From Macrostomum lignano (taxonomy: Eukaryota), in NCBI GenBank assembly GCA_002269645.1, contig NIVC01004477.1, positions 1 to 44,732 on the forward strand: a stretch of DNA of 44,732 nt, given 5' to 3'. Under the pieces are notes generated by a model. It searched no databases. It saw only the letters and a program-made list of their open reading frames with translations, and had not been told where the DNA came from. This document shows, in pieces, positions 18,417 to 31,200 of the stretch. A program made the translations under genes and the position numbers. Positions within the stretch are counted from its first letter, which is position 1. Every line of letters starts with the position of its first letter.

Positions 18417-19310
18417 TAGAGAGGGAGAGTAAAAGATTTAAATGAGGACTGAAATATCCATTTTTTCAACAGAGCCTTCATTGATTTACCATTTTTCTAA
18501 TTTCGCACGAATTACAAGCATCCAGTCCAGATGTAACAAAAATATTTTGCATTATTTTCTATTGAATAGCGGAGAGCATGGAATATTCCGCTCGTCACAG
18601 AGGAACAGACAAGGCGCGAAAGAAGACCCGGGAGCCGAGTCTAGCAGAGTGAGAAGATGGCAATTTTTTGGCCCAGTAATGGTGGCGCAGAGCCATGGGA
18701 TCACCATCGAAGACCGAGGTGCGATCGCCAGACACGCCGATCTCAAATGGATTTTTTGTGAAATTTTTCTTTATTCGATTACTTGATGGCTCGAACAGGG
18801 CCCACGGGTGCAGGAGTTCTCAATGCTACCGACGCATTGGCTGCAGGCAGTGTTGATCCTTCGTCGACGATGGAAGATATGCATGGGCAGATAGGCAGGC
18901 TCGGGAGGAGGAAGGCTGAGGGAGAGCCGGTACAGGCAAACTGGGAGATCGACTGAAAAGCCAGTTCAGAATGGAAAATCCCTGCTACATGTTTACATAT
19001 TTCTCGCTAAATTACTGTATGTTTCAGAAATACGACAGCCACGCACCATGTGCGTAGATTAGCAATCTATGCACTTTTTGATACAAGGGAGTCCCTCGCA
19101 GCTCTCACCTTTCTTGTTTGTCTCTGAGATGTAACAAAACGCTTCGCACCTTGGTCGGAAAAATTGTTTGAATGCTTCTTAGAAAGTTGCTCCCGGATGC
19201 ACAGGGCAAGTTTGTCAACTTTCTCTTGCTTCCTTTGATTTCAATTTTTTGTTTTAGCAGACCTTCGCGAGGAGAGCAGGGAAGAGACCGCCGGGGGCCG
19301 CCGCATCAGG

Positions 19311-19353
19311 CTTTTATATCGGTTGTCACGGGTGCTGGCGAACTTTGGATTGG
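19311..19353 (-). promoter_or_regulatory. Candidate Pol II core promoter (CCAAT + TATA) on the minus strand
   Basis: Minus strand reads CCAAT (19353-19349) then GATATAAAAG (19320-19311), followed by a possible donor CAAG/GTGCGA near 19150. Motif match only. Confidence 0.3.
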
Positions 19354-19818
19354 ACGGCCGCCGAAATGAGCCAAATCATGGCCCGGTCTCGTGTAGCAGA
19401 CCTGCCCCCGGGGCTGCAAAGATGCTTTCTCTGTAGGTGGAGCGGGGTGTGTGAAAGTCGAATGCGTCAACTTCTGAGTTCAGTATCTACCTGAGCGACT
19501 ATCGACCTTTTGATACACCCGTGTTGTTTGAGCATGATTCATTTAATGAAACATCTCTTGAAAAAAGAGGAAAGAGGGAGGAAGATATGAGTGGAGAGGA
19601 TAGATAAGAGGGTGAGGAGAAAGTATAGATAATAGTGGAGAGAGAAGAGATTAGAATGGATATGAGAGATAAAAGAGGAGGCATGAGTGAGACATCAAAG
19701 TAGACAAGAGGGATAAGATACTTACTTACTTTGACTTAGCTGCAGGGGGCTCCGCGCGTCCGGAAACAGCGAGGAGGCGTTGCCGCCCATTTCGCTAACC
19801 CCTGGCGACCACGGGCAG

Positions 19819-20079
19819 CTAGTGCTGCGGTGTCGCGCAGGGAGTTCCGGTGGCGCCGGCGTCCGCAGCGCGGTCCCCCTCCGGAGAGTCCAGGAGGTGG
19901 ATTGTCGCTCGCCCGGTAGCCCTTAGGTAGCGGACGAGCTGGCAGAGATTCTCGGGCCTGAAAACGTCGGAGAGGTCCGGGTTTGGGCCGAGGTAGGTGA
20001 GCCTGTCCTGAGTAAAGGCGGGGCATTCACAGATGAAGTGCTCCGCATTCTCGACACCGGAGAGGCAGAAAGGGCATTC
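19819..20079 (-). mobile_element. 5'-truncated non-LTR retrotransposon ORF2 C-terminus (CCHC zinc knuckle)
   Basis: Minus frame reads [31 protein letters not shown]...LVRYLRATG...stop, i.e. C-x2-C-x8-H-x4-C followed by R, typical of LINE ORF2 ends. In-frame TAG immediately upstream; no RT seen. Confidence 0.7.
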
Positions 20080-20838
20080 CTAACTGCGGATTTTTCCCTG
20101 GAGTTAACGATGCCAGAGGGATAAGATATGTCTTTGAATAATAATATTACATTGTAATACGACAAAGTACCACACGATGCAGTGCAGGTGCCAGGCTATC
20201 GGATTCGGACATGCCCCGCATATCTTCATCTCGTCGGAACCAAATCTCAAATAACGTTTTACCGTCGGCGTCTGTTTGCGTCCTTGCAAATGTTGGAGAC
20301 GCTAAAACCGGCATCAACCAATTCTTTCACAACATTATAGATTTTTTGAATAAAGAATTTTCTGATCGTCGCTAGAAATCTTAGAATCAGGGAATGCGTC
20401 CGGCTCACTCAAGAAATGCTCGATTTGATCCGTGGACATTCGAGAAATCATTTCATTTTGAAAATTGCCGCAGGTCTAGTAGTTTTCCTTTTCTTGATGG
20501 TTCCATGTCCCTTTTTGAGTCATTAAAGCTCTCCTCTATTCTTCTCGTTTCTCCTCCTCTCTCCTCTCCTCCTCAATGTGCATCTAATGCAACTGCAACC
20601 TTTTGTCTATGGTAATTCGTAGTATTACAATGTAACCAAGACCATTGAAGCACGCAGCGGCTATATATTGAATATTAATCCTACATTTATTCCTTCAAAT
20701 CGCACTCGATGATTTCTTCAATGAATAAGAAAGTTATGCGTCTATGGAAAAACTTCCCCGTGTAGCCTGCGTGCGGCAGTTGGCACACCTGGGGGCTCCA
20801 ACTGCAGCTGCCGCTGTCAGACTTGCACGACAAAGCAA

Positions 20839-23800
20839 ATGATGGACTTTCTCCACGATTATCCAAAGACTTCGCGAAGACGCCATAAGCGGGAGCAGCA
20901 CCTTGAAGTCGCAGCGGTGCCATCAATCGGCTCGCACTCCAGATATCGGAGACAAAAACCGTTGCCATCGTCGCCTCCGCCACAAGTACAGCAGTTCCTT
21001 CTCGCTGTCTCGGGCCCCGGCGAAGTCACTCGAATCGTACAGGACGCCGCCATCCGCTCGGTGCTGGCCAGGTTCTCCTGCGAGCTCTGCGTCGGCGGCT
21101 CCCTGCTGCGCTGCCGGGTTGACGGACAGTCGGCCCCGGTGATGTACTGCTGCTTGCGATTGGCGGCCCAGTCCGCTGCCGTCATTCAACACTGCCTGCG
21201 CCAACTGGAGCTCCTGCAGCCGCGCTTTGCCGGCAGAATTGTTGTCGGAGAGGAGGGCGCCGTCTGCGATGCGATGGCCAGCAGGGACGACTTGAACGGG
21301 TGCGCTCTGTGCATGTGTGCGGTGCATGTGCGGGCTGGAGTGCATGTGATGCCATCTGTTCAAACTTTTATCTACGGTTCCGGCTTCTACTGATTTTTTG
21401 CATGTCCTACTCACTCCTTAGACATCTTGCCATGTCCTACTCACTCCTTAGACATCTTGCCATGTCCTACTCACTCCTTTAAGACATCTTGTCATGTCTG
21501 TCTTACATGTAGATTGCCATGTCAGGATAATTGCTGAAACTACTGGATCATTTAAGTCTAGCTGTCAGTTAAATTTTCAAGAATAAGTCAGTCTAAATGA
21601 ACCGAGCAGCCAAATTAAATATGCGGGGCACGACGATCTCGACTTTAGTTTTGACATTTTAATCACGAAAATCGATTCAAACTGGGATAAAAATCCAACA
21701 TTTTCGCCATTCTGCATAAATAGAGCATCAGAAGATGGATCAATGATTAATGCGGGGGTTGATTATGAGTTCCGTGCTGAGCATCTGCAAGTGTCTTCTT
21801 TAAAATTGACAATTGAGACTGTTTGTCGACACAGCTGCTTCTCTAGGGCTGAGCAAATAAATGCTGGCTCTTGGTGGAAATCTGATGCCCTGCTGTATCA
21901 AATTGTCTACCTGATCGCGGCAGCCAAATTAAGCTTCATCCCACTGATCCACCTGACTCTTTCTCTTCCACTTGTCTTCTCAAACTCCACCAGATTGCTG
22001 GACAGACGGCTGCAGCAGCTTGATGAGGATCCACTCGCCAGAGGTCCGTCGTCGACGATGGGGGCATTGAAGCCGAAAACGCCTCCAGCCAAGGCGACAT
22101 CATCGCACCGAGATCAACGCCAAGCAGAAGCCACCGCTGCCGCCACAATAGCTCCTATTGCGTCACTGCCACCTTCGCAGGACAGGATCAGCATGTACTT
22201 TAGTGAGAGCGAAAGAGACGAGATCGAAGGCGAAGCTTCCACAGGCAGCGCAAATGCCGGAGCTGCAGCTAAGAGTGGTGGAGGTGCGGCCAACTGCGGA
22301 GTCGTAGATGGTCGCTGGTGGCTGCACGGCGGCCGAACCACCGCCAGCAGCAACCGGAATGCAAGGCTCGGGCTCTGTGAGTAAAGACATACAATAAGGA
22401 TTCAAACTGACGTTGCCTACTGATAGTAGCTTATAGCCAACTATTCCTTGGGTGAACGCGTTGATTTGTTTGTATTGTACTGCGACAATTCTCAAATTAG
22501 AGTTGAGGCAACGCTAGTGTCCCTCTGCTGCACTCGTCCCCCACCCGCGTGAAAACACTTTGGGTCTAGAGGCGACTGCATGACAGCGTGGTGGGCCGAG
22601 GAGAAGGGGAACTAGAGATGGGACTTTGAAGATAAGAAAGATGGGGAAAATCTCCTTTGGATAAAGGAGAAGGGATAACCCGATGGTATATTGGTCTTAC
22701 ATAACACGGCCCAATCGGCAAAGCCAGCAGAGCAGCACATAATTACGGCTTAAGGAATGTGGAAGTTACTTGTAATAATCTCACGCGAACTCCACTGGTT
22801 AAGTAAGTTAGAACTTTACGACTTACGAGAAAGCTTGAGCGACTGCTAGTCAGCGCACGCGTATATATATTTAATAGGTACGACGTACATTAGTACACGA
22901 TACACGTACACGCGAGGACGAGCAATCAATGAGGTTCATACATAAGAAATAACCAACGTGCCCAAGCAACCTCAGATCAGTCCAGTGGCTCTTTGCCACA
23001 TTCATGTTTTATGAAACTGTCAACAATGTGTTACCGTAATTTATTGTTAAGGACATTTTTAGCGTTTTGCAACCAACATGTAATAGTCCACCGACTCTAA
23101 TTCGCCAGTTGCAAGCTCAGAATGACGATAAACAGAGAGGCTTAGTGTCGCCCTCGCCGCCAACCCGCAGGCTCGCCGCATGCGGCATCGTCAGGATCGG
23201 CAGCAGCAGCGGCTGAGCAGCAAAGCCAAACGTTGAGTCGCAGCATGGCCGCCCAATGTGGCTCAGGGTCGACAATGACCAGTGGCACCAGAGCGCCTCC
23301 TTTGACTGCGGCGCCGCCACCGTTGTCTCCACCTCATCCTGCCCCAACACCACCACCTTCATCACCACCGCCGACGCCATCACCTCGGCCGTCGCAGAGG
23401 AGTCACTCCAGCCGAACGTTGACCGAATGCATTCAGCAAATGTCTCTCAGTAGCGGAAGAGGCCAAGGCCGCAGCGGTGGCGGCGAAGGCTGCGAAAGCT
23501 CGATTAAACGGTTGCGATCGTTGATTAGTGACAGCGGCGGTGCGTGCCGGCCTGTGGCCGACTTACTAGACAATTGCAGTTGGAAGACCCATCGTGGTAG
23601 TTTGCAGGGGGCTTTAGGAACTGTTGTAAATCAAAGCAGGCAAGCAGTCATGCCCATTCTGCTGATCCAACGAGTACGCACACATTTTAGCATAGCATTA
23701 AGGTAGCGGTTCACCACAGGGAAACGCACTTTACGGAAACTATTGAAGGGGCCAAGAATTGGTTGGTACCGCGGATCTGCATGCTCTGAAGGCCAACTAC

Positions 23801-24456
23801 TGCAGTCATCTGTTTATGTTTTTCATGGTGCCAATTTTATAGACGCAATTGCCAGCTCTCGCAGCTCGCGTTGCAGCCGCGGCGGCCACGGCATCAGCAC
23901 CGGTGCTTCAATCGGAGAAATCACCGGTACCCCGGCAGCCAGCACCGGTGCTTCAATCGGAGCAATCACCGGTACCCCGGCAGCCAGCACCGGTGCTTCA
24001 ATCGGAGAAATCACCGGTACCCCGGCAGCCAGCACCGGTGCTTCAATCGGAGCAATCACCGGTACCCCGGCAGCCAGCACCGGTGCTTCAATCGGAGCAA
24101 TCACCGGTACCCCGGCAGCCAGCACCGGTCAGACTCGGCCCACGTCTTCATCCACAGAGTCGACGAGAACAGCGATTGCGTCGCCGTCGGCACTGAGAGA
24201 CCCGACCGGCGCGCTGTCGGCCCGCAGCTCCAGCTGGTGGTGGCAGCGGGCGCGGCGCCGCTGCCTGGCGCACAAGCGCATCGTCTGGTTCCTGCCGGTC
24301 CGCGGCCAGTGCAGGGAGAGGCGGCTGAGGCGCCTGTTACTCCGACTGCTGGCCTGTCAGCCGCTACCTGCCGCATCAAAGGCGCCGCAAACGCCAGCCT
24401 CGCCAGCCGATCTGATCGATTTGTCTGGCGATTGCGAAAACCTAATTGATATTTAA
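20839..24456 (+). CDS. Putative orphan multi-exon gene: N-terminal folded (possibly KH-like) domain plus S/P/T-rich low-complexity tail
   Basis: GC-rich coding-like blocks: 20839-21299, 21994-22376, about 23170-23550 and 23843-24456. The first two junctions are phase-consistent (2 then 1); later boundaries are uncertain. No family recognised with confidence. Confidence 0.45.
21402..21495. repeat. 30-bp tandem repeat CATGTCCTACTCACTCCTTAGACATCTTGC, about 3 copies
   Basis: Seen directly, in the putative first intron of the orphan gene. Confidence 0.85.
23897..24127. repeat. 45-bp GC-rich tandem repeat, about 5 copies, apparently exonic
   Basis: AGCACCGGTGCTTCAATCGGAG(A/C)AATCACCGGTACCCCGGCAGCC; open in all three + frames (TGASIGEITGTPAAS or APVLQSEKSPVPRQP). 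Confidence 0.9.
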
Positions 24457-25127
24457 TTGAAAGAATTTTTATGCCAGCCAATCAGTTCTCTAGGCCTAGG
24501 GGAAGTTTGCAGCAGTAACTAGCCGTATTATTTCGCGTATTTCGTGCGAACTAGTGCAAAAGTACATGATGAGGTGCAGAAGCACTTTCAATATATTTCG
24601 TGCGTATGTCGAATTGGATAAAACACGTAGGCATCGAAAACTATGATCGTGTTTTTGTCATTAAAAACCCAATTTCAAAATGCATTTGCAAGATACAGGA
24701 ATATGTTTGACAAGGTGGCAAAATGGTTAGTGGTTCACCCTCTGCAGATGGGGTCTACGACAATTGACTGCCAAAACTAACCAGGTTGGCAAACTCTGGG
24801 GTTTGAGGTTTGTCTTCTCAGCTTTCTTTCTATTTTCTCTTCTATTCTCTCTCTCTTCTCTATCCTCCTCTGCCCCGAGGTCACATGGTAGATTCTACAT
24901 ACGCTCGTACATCTGGCCTGTCACTCTGTATTCCTACCGCAGCTCAGAGCTGCCCAATCACAGCACAGCAGGGTGAACTCTGAAGCTCAGCCTCATATGC
25001 CACTCGCTTAAGGGGAAAACAGCCTCTCAGCTGCGTACTAACCGCGGCCAACTCTGCTTAACTTGCGGGGTTCTAACAAACCAACAAAAATATTTAGCGG
25101 AATAAGATGACGCGAGTGTCGAACAGT

Positions 25128-25963
25128 TCAGCTCGTCGACGAAGGCTGCATCTGCGTCAGCTGGCATCGAAGCTCTTCGAGCCGCCGCGCCGCCGCTGCC
25201 CAGTCGGCCTCGTCCGCTTCGCTTTCGGCGCCGATCTCTGCTGCAGCTGCGGCCGCAGCGGGCCGCCGTCTGGCCGCTTCCAGACAGCGGAGGCGGCGCA
25301 GCTCCCGGGCCGCCGGCAGGAGGTCCGACAGGGCGGCCAGGCGGTCCGCAGCCAGCCGGCGCAGTTGGCGGCGCCGCGGCGACAGAGCCGATGAAGCCTG
25401 CCGTTCGGACTCCACGGAAGCTGGCTGCGCCGGCTCAGCAGTCAAGGCTGCGTCATCGCCCGCATCAGCGACCGCCAGAGCAGCTTCGACGTCGGCCAGA
25501 GCCTCAGCCCGCCGCTCCCGCCGCTGTCGGTGAAGCCGGCGAAGCTTGGCCCGTTGGCGGAGCTTCCGGCGGGCGCCGGCGAGCAGGCCGGGGGCGGTCA
25601 GCCAGCGCCGCTCCGCGTCCAGCTCGGCTCGAAGGCGGGCCAAAGCCGCCTCGTCCGCTGGCGACGTCAGGGAGGCGGCAGCCTGCAACAGCGCTGAGCG
25701 GGCTTCGTTTAGGAGGTCTCGCAGGCGGCAAAGTCGGGCCCGAAGCTCCGGCAATGTCGGCGACAAAGTCGGAGGCCGCGGCGGCGGCGGGGGCAGCGAG
25801 CGGCGCCACTGGTCGAGAACGGCGGACAGGCGGTCAGACTCTGCCAGCCAGTCTGGGGGCCGCAGCGGCTGGGCTGGGGGATTCTGGCGCAGCGAGGTTG
25901 GGGAGCAGGTGTTAAATGCACGTTTGTGTCTCAGATGGTGGTTTCTAGGAAAAATGTAGGCAT
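25128..25963 (-). CDS. PDCD7: PDCD7 / U11-U12 snRNP 59K-like coiled-coil protein (apparently intronless)
   Basis: Pro-rich start, then SPTLPELRARL, ARRKLRQRAKLRRLHRQRRERR and ALS..RRRQ..LSDLL.AARELRRLRCLEAARR, paralleling human PDCD7 segments as I recall them (GPSLGEVRARL; EARRRLERVRRRRLRLRER; VLSEVRKKQ..DILRALEKLRKLRKEAAARK). The ATG at 25963 needs a 1-bp indel in a T run to be in frame; the C-terminus may also be frameshifted. Confidence 0.6.
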
Positions 25964-26027
25964 GATTTTTTGGAAATTTTAGGAACTTAGGCCAAATACT
26001 AGTTTAACCAGTTTTCAGATTTCTTAT

Positions 26028-26250
26028 CATAGATCCCAGTTCCTGATCCGGATTACAAGCAATAGATCCCAGTTCCTGATCCCGAAAACAAGCAAAAGAT
26101 CCCAGTTCCTGATCCCGACTCCCAAGCAAAAGATCCCAGTTCCTGATCCCGACTCCCAAGCAATAGATCCCAGTTCCTTATCCCGACTCCCAAGCAATAG
26201 ATCCCAGTTCCTTATCCCGACTCCCAAGCAAAAGATCCCAGTTCCTGACC
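26028..26250. repeat. Minisatellite, 34-bp unit AATAGATCCCAGTTCCTGATCCCGACTCCCAAGC
   Basis: About 6-7 copies just upstream of the PDCD7-like start. Confidence 0.92.
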
Positions 26251-26913
26251 CGATTTCCCACCCGAAGATACAGACTTCAATCCAAGAGTCCCTGTTCCGA
26301 GTCCTCAATTCCGGTACCAGATGTTAGTTTATGCTGAATTCAAGCTACAAACGCCATACGTGAGGTACTACTCAAAAGTAGAATATGAGCATTAAAAAAA
26401 CATCAAATTCATGCTCAAAACAATTCAAATATAGTTTGGTGTGGAATGCCGAGATCAGCTAATTAATAATTTCTCAGAAACCTGGCCGGTAAATGTTTAT
26501 TTTTGCCTAGCAGGCAGAATGTACTTTTATTATATGTACTTATACACACTAACCAAGACGCGAACAAACGAATTGAAACGCAATGCTAACTTGATCGATT
26601 TTTCCAACTAATCTTGAATGTACTAGAGGATTAGCGCGCACAATTATAATCTAATATCTAATAAGAATAATAAGATTACTATAAGGGTACACTGACTTAA
26701 ACTGAATGAACCTGCAACGCAGAGTAACTTCTTGGCAAGCAAATAATTCTTTCGATACATATCGGTGATGTAAGAAATCGCTACTAACAACAAATTGAAA
26801 CAATCTTTAATGCACAATGGAAGTTTAATTAATTGTTTTGAAAACCGACGCCAGCAAAATTGATTTTCGATACATATCGGCTGCTACACGAGATTTCCTT
26901 AGTAAGGCGGTGG

Positions 26914-28256
26914 CTACATGCGGAAGACGCCAAACCGAGTGGCCTCAGTTGGCGAGTTCGCGGCCGCGGACAGGGCCAGCGCCAGCACGGAGCGGGTCTG
27001 CTGAGGATCCAGGATGCCGTCATCCCACAGCCTGGCCGAGCTGTAGTAGGGGTGGCCCTCCTGCTCGTACTTGGCCAGCACCGGCTCGCGAAGGGCTCTG
27101 CGAGTTGTGATAGTATACACTGTCGTGAATGTGAACAGTGTACTCAAGCTCGAATGTGAATTGAACTGTAAATGTGAGAAGTTCAATAGCTCTGTGAAGC
27201 GGTGAATGTAGTGAATGTGGATAGTAACTAAATGTACATTTGTGATCATCTGTGATTTGCTGTTTAACAGCTGTGTGAAATTAATTTAAACTAGCGAATT
27301 AGTTGAATGGCGTGCATTTCTGCCGTAGCTGTTCCAGCGTAATTGGTGAAATAATTAAGCTGTGAACAGGTGAATTTGTGAAAGTGGTGAACGAGTGAAT
27401 CAGTGAGCGTAGTAAACCGTAAACTATTGAAATGTTAAACGCTCTGATATTTTAACATGTGAATTTGTGAGCGGGGTGAACTGGTGAATCTGTGAACGGG
27501 GTGAACTGGTGAATCTGTGAACGGGTAAACTGGTGAATCTGTGAACGGTAAACGGGTGAATCTGTGAAAGGGATGAATTGGTGACTCGGTAAAATGGGTG
27601 AAGTGTGGCGAATCGATGTAAAGGGGTGAACTGGTGAATCGATGTAAAAGGGGTGAACTGGTGAATCTGTGAACGGGTGATTCTGTGAACGGGTGAACTG
27701 GTGAATCTGTGAACGGGTGAACTGGTGAATCTGTGAACGGGTGAGCTGGTGAATCTGTGAACGGGTGAGCTGGTGAATCTGTGAACGGGATGAATTGGTG
27801 ACTCGGTAAAATGGGTGAAGTGTGGCGAATCGATGTAAAGGGGTGAACTGGTGAATCGATGTAAAGGGGTGAACTGGTGAATCGATGTAAAGGGGTGAAC
27901 TGGTGAATTAGTGAACGGGGTGAACTGGTGAATCGGTGAACGGGGCGAATGAGGATAACTCGCACCTGGACTCCGCCTCGGTCCAGTCGCGGCCCTCCCT
28001 CTGCCGCTGCTCCCGCTGGATCTGGTCCAGCACATTGGCGGCCTGCTCGCCGCCCATAACGCTGATACGCGAGTTGGGCCACATGAACAGGAAGCGGGGG
28101 TCGTAGGCGCGGCCGCACATGCCGTAGTTGCCGGCGCCGTAGCTGCCTCCGACAATCAGGGTGATCTTGGGCACCCGGGCGCAGGCCACGGCGGTCACCA
28201 GCTTCGCTCCATGCTTGGCGATGCCGCCAGCTTCGGCCTCGCGGCCAACCATGAAG

Positions 28257-28288
<32 letters not shown>

Positions 28289-31200
28289 GCCGCGCTGGCA
28301 GCACAGCTGGATGAAGTGCGCGCCCTGCTCGGGTGGCGGCCGGTTGCGAGGCGTGAGAATCCTGCCTGCTGCAGCCTCTGCAGATTGCCTTGCCAAAATG
28401 CACATAGCCTCCCCCAAAATGTACATAGCCTCCCCCAAAATGCACATCCCCTTCCCCAACATGCACATAGTTTCCCCCAAAATGCACATCCCCTTCCCCA
28501 ACATGCACATAGTCTCCCCCAAAATGCACATAGCCTCCCCCAAAATGTACATAGTCTCCCCCAAAATGTACATAGCCTCCCCCAAAATGCACATCCCCTT
28601 CCCTAACATGCACATAGTCTCCCCCAAAATGCACATCCCCTTCCCCAACATGCACATAGTCTCCCCCAAAATGCACATAGCCTCCCCCAAAATGTACATA
28701 GTCTCCCCCAAAATGCACATAGCCTCCCCCAAAATGTACATAGCCTCCCCCAAAATGCACATCCCCTTCCCCAACATGCACATAGTCTCCCCCAAAATGC
28801 ACATCCCCTTCCCCAACATGCACATAGTCTCCCCCAAAATGCACATCCCCTTCCCCAACATGCACATAGTCTCCCCCAAAATGCACATCCCCTTCCCCAA
28901 CATGCACATAGTCTCCCCCAAAATGCACATCCCTTCCCCAAAATGCACATAGCCTTCACCAAATGCATACGGCCTTCTTAAAAATGCCCATACTCTTCCC
29001 AAAAAATCCAGTTACCTCCATCAAGACATCTCACCGACCAAAAACACCCATGTCCCCAAACACACAGAATATACCCATAGAACATACCCATAAAAAGTAG
29101 ATTAACCTTAATCTACGAATAGAGTTTATTCAGAAATGAGCCAAGCGCAACCTCACCTTAACAGCGGACTCGCTAAACAGCACTCCATTGTTTCCCAGAA
29201 TGCCCACCGTGCGGCCGTGAATGCTCGCGAAGCAGCAGACGAGGGTTTCGCCGTACATGGCTTTGAATTCGTCCAGCTCGCTGCCGTCCACAACGCGGGC
29301 GATGACCTCGCGACTGCAGAGGCGAATGCGAGAGGCTGCTGAGCGATACGACTTTATTTGGATTCAACCATAGTTGCTAGTGATTCAGTGACCAATGCAC
29401 CTTACAGACAGTGACCAATGCCACCTTACAGACAGTGACCAATGTCACCTTATAGACAGTGACCAATGCCACCTTACAGACAGTGACCAATGCCACCTTA
29501 CAGACAGTGACCAATGCCACCTTACAGACAGTTACCAATGCCACCTTACAGACAGTGACCAATGCCACCTTACAGACAGTGACCAATGCCACCTTATAGA
29601 CAGTGACCAATGCCACCTTACAGACAGTGACCAATGCCACCTTACAGACAGTGACCAATGTCACCTTATAGACAGTGACCAATGCCACCTTACAGACAGT
29701 GACCAATGCCACCTTACAGACAGTGACCAATGCCACCTTACAGACAGTGACCAATGCCACCTTACAGACAGTGACCAATGCCACCTTACAGACAGTGACC
29801 AATGCCACCTTATTGACAGTGACCAATGCCACCTTACAGACAGTGACCAATGTCACCTACAATACGGAGAGTCTGACAGTGACCAATGCCACCTTACAGA
29901 CAGTGACCAATGTCATCTTACAGACAGTGACCAATGTCACCTACAATACAGACAGTCTTACAGTGACCAATGCCACCTTACAGACAGTGTCCGATGTGAC
30001 CTACAGGCAGTGACCAATGCCACCTTATAGACAGTGACCAATGTCACCTACAGGCAGTGACCAATGCCACCTTACAGACAGTAACCAATGTCACCTACAG
30101 GCAGTGACCAATGTCACCTACAGGCAGTGGCCAATGCCATCTTACAGACAATGACCGATACGACCTTACATTTGTGTTAATCTAAAGTTATTTGCATTCA
30201 GTGCGGACCATTTATCAGTGACTAACAGACTACAGCAGAGTTACGTTGATTAAGTGAGCAGTCAGTAACCAGCGGCTCAGAACTTACATATCAAAATTCC
30301 GCTTCAGATTGCCTCCCACAATGCCGTAGATCTCATCCGCCGGATACAGCGGCTCGCTGAAGGCGGGAGTCGCGGGCTGCACGGGCCGATTGAGCCGGGC
30401 CACCACCCGCCTAGCCAGGTGCAACGCGTGCTCATCGTCCTGGGCGTAGTGGTCCGTGACACCCGACTGCCGGCAGTGCAGATCGGCGCCGCCCAGAGCT
30501 TCCGCCGACACTTCCTCGCCTGTGGCAGCTTTCACCTTCAATGGCGGGATCGGAGGGCGATTCTTAATGAGATTGGAGGGCGATTCTCATTGGGATTGGA
30601 GCGCGATTCTCAATGAGTTTGGAGCGCGATTCTCAATGAGATTGGAGGGCGATTTTCATTGGGATTGGAGGGCGATTCTCATTGAGTTTGGAGGGCGATT
30701 CTCATTGAGATTGGAGGGCGATTCTTAATGGGATTGGAGGGCGATTCTCATTGAGATTGGAGGGCGATTCTTAATGGGATTGGAGGGCGATTCTCATTGA
30801 GATTGGAGGGCGATTCTCATTGAGATTGGAGGGCGATTCTTAATGGGATTGGAGGGCGATTCTCATTGAGATTGGAGGGCGATTTTCATTGGGATTGGAG
30901 GGCGATTCTCATTGAGATTGGAGGGCGATTCTCAGAGCTGCTATAGAAATAAATTACAGGCCATCATTATTCAAAAGATAAGTGGACCCAATGGGCCATT
31001 ATCAATGGAAAACCTAGGAGGCGATGCAAGCAGGCCTGGCAGACTTACAAGCGGCGGTCCTCCCAAGAAGATGGTGCCTTGCTTTTGCACAATGATGCTC
31101 TCATCAGCCATCGCGGGCACGTAGGCGCCGCCAGCGGTGCACGAGCCCAGGACCACAGCCACCTGGGGAATGTTCTGACTGGAAAGGGTGGCTTGGTTGT

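Noticed and set aside
29157-29313. MCCC2 LVCCFA in place of the usual LVTGFA
   Set aside because: Ordinary substitution in an otherwise intact frame; no evidence of functional significance.
27424-30030. Long His/Gly, HRFTSSP and DSDQCHLT repeat ORFs
   Set aside because: MCCC2 intronic minisatellites; only the embedded MCCC2 exons are supported.
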